From Raillietiella orientalis (lineage: Eukaryota): DNA of 64,000 nucleotides. Shown one piece after another: positions 39,201-53,200 of this stretch. The stretch spans positions 2,852,001-2,916,000 of the forward strand of contig JAYWIR010000004.1 in NCBI GenBank assembly GCA_036172245.1, read 5' to 3'. The notes beneath the pieces are model-generated. The model saw only the letters and a program-made list of their open reading frames with translations. It did no database searches and had not been told where the DNA came from. Within the stretch, counting starts at the first letter, position 1. Every line of letters begins with the position of its first letter. The translations under genes were made by a program, and so were the position numbers.

Positions 39201-42200
39201 GATGTATACTTAGAGATTCAATCTTCCAAATCCAGATGTGAATATCTGCCTAAATTCCACAGTTTTTTTATCTTTAATCAGTCAAAATTGAATTCCTTCA
39301 CTTATGCACTCTGTTTTATGGTTAGATAAACTGCCTTTCCTTAAAAGAAGTCACTACGAAAACGTACAATTCAAAGAGGCTGCAGCGTAGAAACAAGTTT
39401 GTGGGACATACATTTACTAAGTGCAGTTCAGAATGAACCTCAACACATTTGTAATCTGTAAAGAAGCAAACCGACCGATGACGAGGCAGACAAAACAGCC
39501 ACGAATCGGTTGTGATACCGAAAAATCTCAAGAACACGGCGTTTAGAAAGACGAGGTCGTTCTCGTTGATTCTCAAGCGTTTCCATCGCAGCAGCAAGGA
39601 GCCGAGAGAAGATTTACTCCACTCGAGTAATGTGGCAACAACCGGATGTTAAGCACGAGAATGGCTAAAATGAAATCTGGCACAGAACCAGAAAGTTTGG
39701 GACCACTCTGATGCTGAACTACATCCCAATCACTATCAGGAACTGACTCTTGGAGATGTGTATGGCAGACTGCTGGACATTTCAAGTCGGAGTTTAGTCT
39801 TGCTTTCCATAATGCTAATAAGAAATTGCCCGATTTCTAAATAATTTTTTTTTTTTATCAGGCTTACAATGCTGCGGTTTCATGTCTGCACTGATTACTT
39901 TACTCAATTTATGCACAAATGGAGCCTTACTATGGATCCAACTCTTCACTTGTTGTCTGTCTTCATGATCGCAGTCTGCTTAATTCGAGGACTTCTATTT
40001 TCACATCGTTACCAGTTCTATTTGCTCATAAAGTTCTATTTCTTTGCAAAAACGGTAAGGCCGAAAAACTAATTGCTGACAAACAATCCATCACGTCAAT
40101 TTTGTTCAACGCACTCGCCCCACTGATTCCTTGGGATGGCAAGCATTTATACTCCCCAATTAGAATTAATGATACACAAAAAAATTGCTCTTCAAAGAAT
40201 GTATTCTGCCATTTAATGCTTGAATAAAGAAAAGGTTACTTTACTACCATCACCGGGGAGATTAATTTCGAGAGGCAAAAACTTCAAAGCTTCTACGAAA
40301 TATGAAGGATGGAAAGTAACACAAAGACTTTCTATTGAGCAATGTGCGTTGAATGAATTGGGCTTACGTGTTTACATCTGAGAAACTCGAGGTGAACACT
40401 TCCATACAACCTCATTAAACTCTTCACACTAATGCGTGCAGGAAAAATTCTTTGCTTTGGACACAGGGAAATTAACCAGTAATTAATCATTCTGCTTGTA
40501 CACTTGAATTACTTACTCAATATTACTAATCATTTTTCAAAAAATATTTATTTGTATTCATACTCAATTCTTCATATTCCTGGCAGTAGGATTTCTATCT
40601 TTCTTCGTTGGATCATAAAATCGAATTTTGAGTAATACTTTTCAAATATAGGTGATCATTAGCACTAACATGAAGTTGGGGTTTTAGATCTTTCCAGTGG
40701 GCAGCAAGGGTCTGTTATAATGTAATACATGATGGAACATTTATAAAAGTTTGAAATTTCATGTTTATAACAATGACTAATTGGCTTAATATAATTCTAA
40801 AAGTATCAAAGTACTTAGTAGATTCTACATTTCCAAAACAATCTGCAGTATACAGTGGAATCGATCTTTGCTTTACTGCTCAGATTGTTTCATTAAATGT
40901 CTTTGATATTAACATCTTCTATCTCCACAAATGCAAATATAGTCTGAAAGAAATTTTCTTCAATTTCAACTGATCAAGTCGACAAAGTCACAGCTGCCAT
41001 CATCAATAAATCAATTTTTCTTAGTCAAAATCTTTTTTTAAAAGATCTTCACTTTCTCCAGCAAACTTTTTAAAAACCTTTAAAACAGTTTGCTAAAGAA
41101 AATAACATATATGTTTAATGTATACTTAAAATAACATATTTATGAGTGAGATATCACAAACGATAGAAAGATACCAATGTATAAAACACATTTATAAAGC
41201 TTTGGAATTCTGATGAGGATTCAAAATGCTGAAATGAAATGAGGCAACTTTGTTCCTGACCAAGTTTGTTTTGTCCAAACTATTCAAATTCTGAATACTA
41301 TTCAATTTCATTCTCAATTTTTGAAGCTACCAAACTTAATATTTTACAGTATGAAAAAAATCTCGAGCATCAGGAACAAACCGAAATTAATTTCAAGAGC
41401 ACACAACAATCACAAGTAGTTTTTCTGTACATTTGTAAATAAACCTCCCATTCAAAACTGAAGTTCTCACTTTATATGGATCCCAATCACGATTTGTAAA
41501 TTCACACCTAATTTTTTCCAAAATTTGAACACATTAGGGACCTTACAGATAAGCTACTTAAATTAAACTGTAAAGAAACAGAAACAATGTTCCCCGCCCC
41601 CCTCTTTTTTTCTTTATGGGATATCAAGTTCCACAAACAAAAAACAAATGAACAAAACAAAATTAAGTAATTCTAAAATACTATTTAAATTAACAGTTTG
41701 AAACTCAGTATTAGTGAATTGAAATTTGAATGAAGTGAAAACAGTTTGCTATGGGCTACTTGCTTAATCCATCATTTAAGTGTCGAACTTCGTGTATGTA
41801 CAACTTCTACATAGCAAAAAGTAACAGCAGTTACAGAAAAAAAAATGAAGCTTATATTCATAGTATTCTATGTTTACATGACATTTGTTTCGATGAATGG
41901 ATACAAGCAACACCATAGAAAACAGCAAAGATTAGCACTACTGTTTACTAAAAAACACTTATAATATCAAACTGGGTGAAATATAAAACTCTGCTTGACT
42001 GAACAGGATTTCCTTCATGAAATCTATACCTTTTTTGTCATACATCAATTTTGTTATAATCCTTCTATTGATCAATTTTCCGACTTCTTTAAATCCCTCA
42101 GTTTTTATTGTCCCTCTGAAATGTGATTTTCTTTTTCTTTTTTGGACTTTCTTTTTTTGGGGGGATTGTTTCAAATTTGCTATTTGTGAGGCTTTGTTTC

Positions 42201-43390
42201 TTTGACATCTTGTTGGATCTGTAACTCATCATGCATTCTGATTCCTTTTCTTCAGTTCGCATCTTATTTGTTTATGAATTGTAGCCTTATTTTTCAAATT
42301 TAAAGCTTTAATCCATAACGATCCATAAATTATGACTACCATCACTGCTACTCATTAATTACACAATTTCTTATATAAGAATGACAAAAGCGACCAATAC
42401 ACAAGATATTGCAACTTCTCTGAAATTCTTGAGGAAACCTGAGACTACACTGGTGCATCAACCTAACTTAAATGCAGCGACAAATTCATTGTAAGCAATT
42501 CACCAAGAAAAACTGTGTTGATCCAGAGCAAACTCACTTTTAATAGTTACTTAGGTTTGTCTTCAAATCATGCAAAATCTACATAACCAGAGCTATCAAA
42601 ACTCCATGAAGAAATTGAATCCCTGATCCTGATCTAAAAAAATGAATGAAAACCACATTACTCCTTATGCAATAATCAAAAGCCCAAAAGGCTTCAAATG
42701 ATTGCAAAATATGATTGGAATAGATGTAGTTTCTTCACATAAGTTGCAACTGCAATATCAAATTCAAATACTCATTCCTAAATTCAAATGCCTTCTGTAT
42801 AAGATATGAACCATTATTGAAACTGCCATCTCCTTCACTTTGTGACAATTCATTGATTAACGTTTTCATAACATCGCTCACAAATAATGCATTTTCAAAA
42901 AATACATCCTGAAGAAATTAACTAACAGTTTCAAAAACTGAATCCAAAAAATAGTACTTTTTAACAGTAAATAATTAGAGCCATTTCTTGTGTTGCTCTT
43001 CCGAGTAATTATAAAATATTCTAAACACAATACATCATGAAGGTTAAAAAGGATTTCAAACTAAACAGTTACAATTAACTTTTGTTTATTGGTAAAAATT
43101 TAATTTTTTTTGTTTTACAATTTTATCCTTTTTATGTTTGTACTTATTATGTATACAATATGGGAAAATATTTTATTGCTTTATAAAAAAAAGTATCTGA
43201 AATATACAACAGGGAATATGTGTAATAGTTATCCATTGTATAAAGATGGTGCACAATTTAGATGGATTTACCTAAGTTTTATGGTATATGATTTACTGAA
43301 ATAAACACAGGAGAAAATTGATTTGATGAAATCCGATCCAATAAGTAAAGCACCAAAACAATTCTTAATACCAAAAAAAGCTGCCTTTTC

Positions 43391-44327
43391 TCAGTTACAT
43401 CGAGGTGGAATCATTTCACTCAATATAGTAATTTCTATCTGCATACTGAATTAAGATGATGAAACAACTCACAAAGAATTACAACATGACTTTCAGAAAA
43501 GTTAAAATTGGAGAATAATACCTTGTGGTGAGTAATTCATGTAAAAATTAATTTAACTGTTGCATCTTCTATATATTAGATCTAGTAATAGTGTTAAACC
43601 TTTAGAAAAGGATACAGTTCTTAAACCTTTCACAGTAGGATCCGTCAAATGCAATGACCGAGGCAACCACACTGTTTCATTCTGTAACTGTATAAAATGC
43701 TTAGCTTTTCGGAGGCACTGAAAAAACATAAAGCTACTATAATAAACTGACAGCCATTTAGAATTCTACACTACATGTTCTAAATTTACCTTTTCATAAT
43801 GGGTTTCCGCACAAAGAAATGAGAAATAACCAGTTATGCATGCAAAACATCCTTCACAAAACGTTTCACAATTAATTTTTTCAGCTTCAGCATAAATAGC
43901 ATTTAAACCATTAATAGTTTCTTCAAAATTAGATTTCTCAATCTAAAGAATGAAATTACTTGAATGTTTCAATCCAGCAAATATGAAATCGTACAGATGA
44001 AAATGTTGCATTCTACAATATTCTGAAAAATTCTAATAATGAACTACATAAAGATGCACACTACAAACATGATTATGTTTATGGATTGCCTTTCATAAAT
44101 TAGTTTTGAGGAGGCATTCAGACAATTTGCATTGCTTGGATATAAAAAGCAAAAGTCAATCGTGATAATACCCTTCCTTCCAGTTCCACAGGAAACTTGG
44201 TTTGAAACTTCACTGCTGTTCCTTCACTATAATCTCTTTCAATAAACACTTTCATGTAACTAGGTGAGCTAGTTATGGGTTTTTTGAGATCGCTCATTAA
44301 AGAATGTTGAGGATCACTCATCGTCAT
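43391..44327 (-). CDS. GOLGA7: Golgin subfamily A member 7 (GCP16/Erf4 family), ~152 aa; exons 44327-44172, 43942-43790, 43717-43616, 43438-43391
   Basis: [67 protein letters not shown]. Confidence 0.95.
43439..43615 (-). other. U12-type (minor spliceosome) GT-AG intron in GOLGA7
   Basis: Donor GTATCCTTT at 43615; branch-point-like CATCTTAAT just upstream of the AG at 43440-43439; no polypyrimidine tract; splicing gives GLRT|IEITI. Confidence 0.9.
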
Positions 44328-47300
44328 GATTTTTAAACTTTGACAGGTATTTAGTATTTACACATTTTGCTTTTGACAGTAATGGCATAACGAGTTCTGC
44401 AGACTTTTACGGTTTTCTCCGAACCGCCAACACGGCTGGCACTATGGGAGAAAGTGTCATTACTTCGAAGAAAACAATCTTGATGAAGAATATTTGTTTA
44501 TGACATTGCATACATTAAATGGATGTATCTTTTTTGCGATAGAAAGTAGAATCCAAAACGACATGATGAGTGAAACTGATGAATTAAAATTTTCTGTTCT
44601 CCCACACAATTAAATCTTAGAACTGGCTCAACTTGAAGTAAAGTTTCCGCCTACCTTGCAAAATGAATAAATTTAGGTGGTTAGAAACAATACATGTTAA
44701 TAAATTGCAAATGCAAAATCTAAGACTGCGCGAATAAGGATGAATAGAATAATTCAGCTTTGAAAATATTCTTTACTTGCAAGAGATTCATGAAACATAA
44801 GCCATCCTTAACGAAGAAAATTTTTACAATAGTGCTCATGGAAATTAAACAGAAATCGTGAGATGTATCAAATGTTTCAAATATTTCATCCAACATACTT
44901 TCGGAAATTGTTCCGCAATATTTAACCAGTAGGCAATCCTGTGCTCTCTACTAGTATAAGTTTGCCTTCTTATTCAGTGTAATAATGATTGCGAAGTATA
45001 AGAGCATCAATGAAGTTAAATAGAAAACTGTATATATTGGAAGCTAAAAATCACCCCTCTCAGATCTTTTTTTGTCTATCACACACAATTTAGAATCATT
45101 TATCAGCATGTTGTAGTGGACTAGTTCGTTGGTGGGAATAATAACTATTGGTATTCCAAGATGAAAGTTTATTCAACATTTTATTATTTAAATGTATTAT
45201 GATGAAATTTTGTTCCTGTCAGCTACTCGTGTTTCAAGCTCCATATTATGTAAAATGTTCCATTTTGCATCTTTTGTGGGGCTCACTCGTATTGTTTTTG
45301 AAAATGAAAATCATAATAAATTGCATATGTAATAAATTTCACTCTATTTCGAGAAACGAACTGAAGTTCAATCCCTATTTTCTTTTGTCTCTAACAGTAT
45401 GTTCTTAGAGAGGTCTTGATTTGCATTCATGTGAGAATGGTTTTGTTAAGTGGAAGGAGTGCTTTGTTTGTGCACAGATTGATTGATCAACGAAGATCAA
45501 AGGAAGCTGAAAACTAAAAGATACAAAGAATTAAAGAAATGCACCGTTAAGCTTTTTTGTGTGTGTGTTACTATAGCAATAAGTATAATCAAACTGCTAA
45601 TCAAAGAAGGGGTGGGGAGATAAATATCATTGCAAAGTGTTAAGAAAAGATTCAGAAACAAAGCAAAAATGAATTTTGGGTAAACGTATTTCGACAGAAT
45701 TCGAATTTTTGGAACTTTCATCTTCTCTTCATGAATGATGAAATTCGCATCCTTCACATAAGTGAAGTCATCTATTCGAGCTCTTATAAACTGTTGCAGA
45801 AGTGGATGTCAAAGATGAAAAGAGTATAACGCACACAACAATTATTTAACATTGTATTTTGTTACTTACAACATTTTCTTTTGACAACTTTGGGGTATCA
45901 GTGATGAAATGGTGTTTGAACTGCAGTAGATCATAATTGGCCATTTTATGAGTAGATTTTGTTATCGGTGAAAGAGCACTCCGAAGTCTTTGCTTCCCTA
46001 ACAAAATTCTTCAACTGCTCGTTTTCATCTTTTGTTTAGAAACTTTTCATTTTTCCTTACATTATTTATTGGTGGTGGTTCAACAGCGTGTTTATTCAAC
46101 TATACAAAAAGACTGCATTTCTTTCCCTTTAATTTAGCTAATTCATTTACCACTAAATCTATAAGCAACCATCTATAAGCAAATACCGTACGTTAATTTG
46201 CCATAGCGTTCTGTAAAAAAAAATTATCAGTTATACTTCCACTGCATTTCTGTTAATGTATATACGTTTCATTGTCACGTTCTTAAAACATGACAGCCTT
46301 AAATACTAGAATATGTTCTTTTGCCTACCTTCGCCCGTGTCGCCCATTTTCCTTCTAATTTTCTACAGGAATTAGCGACTCTTCCACAGTCTGAAGTTGT
46401 GGTAAAGGCTGATTTGCTATGCCCTCGTCCTTACATCATAATCTCAAGATGTTTTTGATTTGTGGAAGTTGAGAAACTAAACAGGTAAACGAAAAACTGA
46501 ATTTTTGCTGAGGCAGGAAACTAGATAACACCTTATGAATCTAAATACTAGCTGCGATGTTCAAATGAAACATTTATGCATAAACATAAATTTCAGTATG
46601 AAAGTAACTGAAGACGTTTTCAATTTTGGATTTTACCATCTAAATTCTCCTTTAACGCACAGTTCATAACCCTGCCTTTTTGAATGGTTTTATATAAATT
46701 ATCATTTTAATTAGATCTCTAAAATCTTTATCTTCAAGGGCATTCTACAGATTCTAACATGAACTTTTAGCACGTTTCAGCAAAGACTTCAAAAGGTCGG
46801 AAATGATGCTGCTTCAGGAGATAGCTTAGAAAGTAACCAAGGAGGATGATTTCATGGGGCCGATTACGGAACTTCTATTCACAAGACTTATAGTTGTATC
46901 AGTGTGGACTATGAGGAAATACTTGACGAATCCATATAAGAATTTGATGTTGCAAACACGGAAATTAAAATCAGAGTGACTTTTGGGAATTCTATAACCT
47001 ATTCTATAATATTGGTGGAATTGGTTTATAGTCAAGAAATGCTGATATCAGACACCCTTAGCATATCAATCCATGTGTTAACAAGAATCGAGATCTGAAA
47101 GCTCAAGTTGTATATGGGAAATCTTGCACTGTAGCAAGAAATGGAAGAATATTTGCAAGAAAATGGTAAAATTACGGGAAATAAGATATGGTCCGATTGA
47201 TTAGGAAGTATGCGAAATCCACCGCACTCCGATGTGAAAAGGTGCTTTGACAAACAAGAAGGGACAGTATGCTGCTACGAAGTAGGAATCTGACTTGAGT

Positions 47301-50245
47301 CTTTATTTCACGCAAACATTGCAGGGCATCAAAGTAATGAGTGTAGAGAAGATTCTTGTTTCTTGAATCAAATTGATTAAATCACCTTGGGAGTTCACAT
47401 GCGATGCTATGGACCAACACTTTTCATTTCGCTTCCGCTTTCAGACAGAGAAGGCGCTCCTACATATTCCTTCGAGGGAAACCAGCGTCCCTATCTAGCA
47501 GGAACCACAGTGGTCCAAATGTTGAGTATACTCAAACTGCTTGCTTTGCAAATCTCCCAGAAATCAATTAAGGCCTTTGTTCCTGGGAATATGCATGAAA
47601 CAAGATAGCCTAATCTGGGCGTAAAAATCCAAGAATGCCTAATCGAATTACGTTGGTGTCCAAATTTTTATTCTGTTCATTACTTTGATTCTCTTTTTTG
47701 TTGTAGTTTGTAACCCTTATTCCTTAATTAGTTGTGCTTAGCTACCTTGTGCGATTGTGATCTTATGATTGTAATGTCCCTTGAAGGATTTCTAAGAGGC
47801 TTTCCTAAGGTGATCTTTTGTTTAATTTGCAACAAAAAGCTCGGTGCGGGTCAAGTTCCCATGATCATTCCAAAACATTACCGTCATCTCATCTTTATCT
47901 AGAACATTTTTGTTCAGCACTATTTCACGGTTTCTTGGTGTTTCCTTGATGATTTTCCATTGAAAACAAAAAACAAAAGAAGCATTCCGAATTTCTGAGA
48001 TATTCCACTGTCAAAATGAAGCTCCTGATGCATTCAGGAGAGGATCAGGTCACTTGGTTATAATTCACTTTTCTTCAAGATTGCAATTTGTTCCGAATAC
48101 CGAGCTTGAAAAGGAATTTTGGATAATTAAAAACAAGATCATTGGCATTTATTCTCGAAGATGTGTTTTTAATTGAGATTTTTTAAATTCCAATTTTTTT
48201 CAAGGGAAACAGGGTTCCCTCCCTCCCCCCCCACTTTGATAAATCAGAAAATTTCACCATGGAATCATTCGTGGTGAACCGATATGGCTCCATACTGAAA
48301 CTCTGATTTTATAAACAAGAATTCCGATCAGCTACATCGGTTTGACATCGCCAGTATTATCAGCCTTAGTGATGCTCCTTGGTTTGTTTTAAAATGGGAT
48401 CAGCAATTTCTTTGTTTTCTAATATTTCGAATCCCGTTGCTGCTTAGCACTTCAAATATGCAGTTGTTTACTCTTGTTTCGATTACTGATCTGCTATTTA
48501 GGCTCATTATTTTTATTCATCATCACACGAAATTTATCATTATGGTGCACTGCCAGTCATACAAGTATAGTCATTGTGCTAATATTTAAGAAGCAACGTA
48601 TTTACAAGATGGAAGCAACTGACTTTTGCAACTTGGTGAATACCATTGACGGCGCCGTCATGTTTTGCATCACATTACCAGTATACAGATTTCTTGTTGC
48701 ATGGCGATCTAAGAAATTGAAAAGATGTTTCAACACTTCATTGCTACTTAGTTGGAACATACTTGGATCATTTGAGATGCAGATCCACCGGCATTTGCTT
48801 TAGCCTATCCGGCTGTTAGAAAGGCCGTCCGTGAGGAAACTTGAAATGCTTATGCATGGAATCGAAGTGCAGGAACAGACAAGAACGGCGTTCAGGAAGA
48901 CAGGCATCATTTCGAAATGATGGGAGAGGGATGGATGATTAGAGGGAGTTTTTTTTCCCTTTTCCAAGCAGTGGATCATTCTGGTCTAAACTTTACAGAT
49001 TCAGTGCTCCCCAAGCCTCCCCAGTTTGATTACAGAAAGGTTCCGTACACAAAAATCGGAATTCTCCTTTGGAGAAGTCTACCATCCTTCGGGATTTAAG
49101 ATTACCTCCGGTGCGTGAAGAGGCATTGAATGACGTCAACAAGCCCAGGGAAACGAATAAGCGTGCAAACAAAAACTCTCAACAGTTGATTAAAAGTGTT
49201 GTTCATCTTCACTTTTTTTTTTTTTGGATTTTTTACTTTCCTTCAAGTCCGATCCACCTTCCATTACTTGGAGTGTCGTTTTTTTTCAGTTTGCATTTCC
49301 ATTTCTGTGCAAATATATAACATACTTGTTCCTTCCATTACTGATGATGATAAACAAAAAAATAGTATTCAGGGCTTACTAGTTAACCATGATAATTGCA
49401 TGAATTCATTACCCTCTAGTTTATTATCTGCGACTGATTCATCATTTAAGGAATTCTAGCAGCCATATACAATCCTACCTTCTTCGATATACAATAAAGG
49501 AATCAAAGAGAATTGATGAAAAAAAGGAAAAAATGGCACTTTCAAGATTCCATTTTCATTTTTCTTACATTTTTTCGTCATTCCTCTGAACCACTTTCAA
49601 ATAGCAGAGCGTTCCTTTAATTCGTAGGGCTGTTAATGGATTATCAATTTCACTTGTATGTATCATTATCGTATTTTGATATGTACTTTTTTTTCCCCTC
49701 TCTCATAGGGATAGCAATGCATTCGTTGCTAGCGAGTAAATTCACGATGCAAACGTGCCATGCGTCTATGGGAAGATGCCTCGAAGGTCCAGATAATTTC
49801 TAAGATCGTGCACCGAGAAAGTGCACGGACAAAAAAAAAAAAAAAAAGAGCACCACTGCGAACGCACGTCCACACGGACGCGTCGCGCTGGCAACCGTGT
49901 CGGAACTGCAGAGCGCGAATCCCGCGGCGAGACCAAGACTTTTCCCGGACGTCACGGAAACGAACAAGGTATTATTTTTACTTGCACTTGTGTTTCACAC
50001 ATGCGCCGTAAACAAAGCTCAGCTATCAAACAGGCAGGAACTTTCTCATTCGATGAGCCCGAGCCGTGTTACACCTCCCCGCTAGCAGAAAAGGAGGGAA
50101 AAAAAGAGAGATACAGCAGAGAGAGGGGAAAAAAAAATTTCCCGTTTCGAGTTCCTTATGCATGCGAGTTCCCTTCCAGTGCTCTCTCGACAAACGGGAT
50201 GAAGTAAACCGAATTTCGTGGTATGCAAATATCCATTTTTCACAA

Positions 50246-53200
50246 ATGGTGACCATAATACATTTCAACGATGTGTACAACGTGGAACCGACTCCCATGG
50301 AGCCAGTAGGTGGTGCGGCCAGATTTTGTGCGGCAGTCCACTCGTTCTCGAATCTGAACCCCTTAGTTCTGTTCAGCGGAGATTGTGTGTCTCCTTCCTT
50401 GAGTGAGTACGAAATTGGGAAACGATGAAATTTCCCCAAGCTTCCGTTCATTTTTTTTTTTTTCTTCATTTTCTTCCCCCCTCCCCCCCCCCTCCCCAGT
50501 AGATTTTGAGGCCATGCTTTGCATTTTTTCAAAATGTTGCTCTTTATCCAACGAGTATGTTTTACCCTCCGTTCGTTTCATGACTTCGGTCCTTTGGAAA
50601 ATGCTGCCGAATTTGAATATGCAGAGCATCCCTTTTCCAAGGACATCTCTGTTCGTGTTCTTTGTTGATGATTCCGTGTATCTATCCCAGGCTAATCTTG
50701 GACACTTTTTAAAGCTTTGTTGTCTAAACTAAAACTGGAAGGTGCCGACCAGAAAATCCGAGTTGGGTTTCTGCTCATAATGGGGTCTTGTTAGGTACTT
50801 GTAATCCTTTTTTTGCAGACCAAAACCGGGTGTACACCAGTTTTCTGTGAGTGATTCCAAGCGTTCGGAGATCCGACACGAGAAAAGCATCAATAAAGAA
50901 CGAAAACAACCGACCTATTTTGCAGGAAGGCGGATGCTGGGGGCGCGTTTCATCCAGAGGACTATCACGAATCCCAGTGTCCTTCCGTTGCGAACTGTGT
51001 TCGTGTTTAAGGGAACGGTGTTACACATTCCATTCAAGAGCATTCGAATCACGATGCGAGTTTGCGCTGCATTAACAGATAAAAGTACTCGCATTAGGTA
51101 TCCCACTTCGGAAATACCCTATTTGACCCATTTTTTTCCAGCCTGAGAATCCCGGAAAACGGCCTGTTTCTGAATCATGTGCATTTATTGACACACAAGA
51201 AAAAATCGTTTCAAGAACAGCCATTAGGAACGCACCACATACCTCTCTACTTAATCAAGTTGGTAGTAGAAGTATTTTTCCGTTGGGTTCTCTCTTATTT
51301 AGCGTTCATTTATGTAAAACTCTTTACTAAATTACGAACAGGGCTTTCGTTGCATTTCTTTGGAAGCGATCGGGATCTCTTGGCAGTGTGACGTAAGCGC
51401 CGAGTCCGCCCATTGTTGAGACCGGAAGGGTGCTCTCCACGGTGGGGGGGGAGAGAACTGTGCAAGGGAATCACCGAGGTTTCTAAGGCTCTCTCGTAAG
51501 CACTGTGATGTAAACCTATGGCAGTCATTTAATGACGACTTTGGGCAGAAACCTCGCTGAACGGGCGCTGTGGTAGCTTCCTTTCAAGTGTGTTGAACTG
51601 AATTTTCAAATAACAAATTTGCTTTCAGGTAAAGCTAGGTCTGTGAAACGCTTGCGAGTAATCCTGGAGAACTGGAAGATTTCAAATCGCAAAGCTCGTC
51701 GAAGACGTGAAACTGCGATGTTTTCTTGGATGATTCGTGTAGTGCTATTTATTTACTCGTTGTGTTGAAAGCGGAAAGAAGAAATTTGGTTTTCATTCTC
51801 GACGTAGATCAACTAGCGAGTATCACTTGATTTATCTGGTTAGGTCCATAATCGGTAATCAGATTGGCAACTGATTAGCAAGTCTCAGTTGTGAAAAATC
51901 TCCTCACTTGAAAACATTGGGAATTATTCTGCGTAGTCATCATTGCGTCGAATCTCACCTTCTACTATGCGGATTCCAAGTGGTTTAGTTTTGGGGTAAC
52001 CGCCCCCCCCCCCCCCCAAGGTGAAGTCCTAGGGAAGATGACATATTCAGAGGGGTTGCAGCGTTTCGCATGAGGATGAAGATTAGGCTAGAGTGTTGCG
52101 TGTGTTCCGTGCAACGGCATAGAAAGAAAGAAAGTGGAGTCAAAAATAAAAACCTGCAACCAAGAACGGAAGCTGCAAGCACTCCCTGAATTGGGTTAAA
52201 GGATGGTTAATCAGGGTCTTGCGTAAAGAAGGAATCTCTGCCCCATAGGCTTTCATTATAGGTATTCCACGGGAGCATTGATATGTATTCAGTGAGAAAT
52301 TCCTTTTGTTCCCTTGATTGATACACAGAAATACCGCAATCAGATGATGCGTGAATTCGAATCTCTGAAAGAACTCTCCACTTGGTATTCAGCACGAAAA
52401 GTATGACTGGTACTAAAAGCCTAAAAAAAAAAAAAAATGTGTTAAAAATTCCAGAGGCAATTTATACCTTAGATTACATCATGTTTGAATTTTCATGACT
52501 GTTTCGAATAAAGGATGGTTCTAAAATGCTGTACCAAAAATGGTCTGTTTCGTAAGTGTGCGTTCCAAAAACGAGCGAATTATCCTTAATCCTGTCTTTG
52601 ATCAAAGCATGATTAATTATGATCATACACAGTTTTGATTGTGGTCCACAGAACAATGTACAGACACGAGCTGGGATCCGATATCTTATCACGAGGAACG
52701 AATTGTCTGTTTGTTCCATCAAAGGCGAAGAGAATAGACTTGATCATCATCTAACGGTGATGGCAGATTAGGTGTCCACCCGGTTGTATCATGAAAAGAA
52801 GGGAACAATATCATAAGCACTGAGGAAGAGCAACTCGCACAATCGACGATAGAAGATGTAAGAAAATGATGAAGCAAAGCAGCGTGTAAGAGATGGAAGA
52901 ACCGAATTCTTTGTGTGTAAGAACACGCGGGCGTTACTTCTAGAAAGGACTGGCGAAAAAGCAGTTTTAAAAGGAAGACTCAACGAAGGAGTCAACGAAG
53001 ACATCGGAACCGGGGATTTCATTCAGTTGATAGGTATCGATAAAGATTACTTTGTAATAACCTAAGATGAGAAAATTAGTAAGGGTGATAACTGTCAGTA
53101 AGAATGAAGATTTGGTTACCTTTTCCAGTTGAACTCTATGTCAAGCGGTGCGCTTCAAAGAAAACCTTACAAAAAGCTCATGCTCCAGAACACGCTCTGC

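Noticed and set aside
31200..40300. Possible gene in the CpG-rich 31-40 kb interval
   Set aside because: Scattered splice-like signals and ORFs, but no recognisable protein or consistent exon chain.
41959..42264. Lys-rich short ORFs downstream of GOLGA7
   Set aside because: A-rich composition explains them; no splice or homology support; probably UTR or intergenic.
50824..52786. ~15-bp inverted repeat pair AACCGGGTG(T/G)ACACC about 2 kb apart
   Set aside because: No shared target-site duplication or transposase remnant seen.
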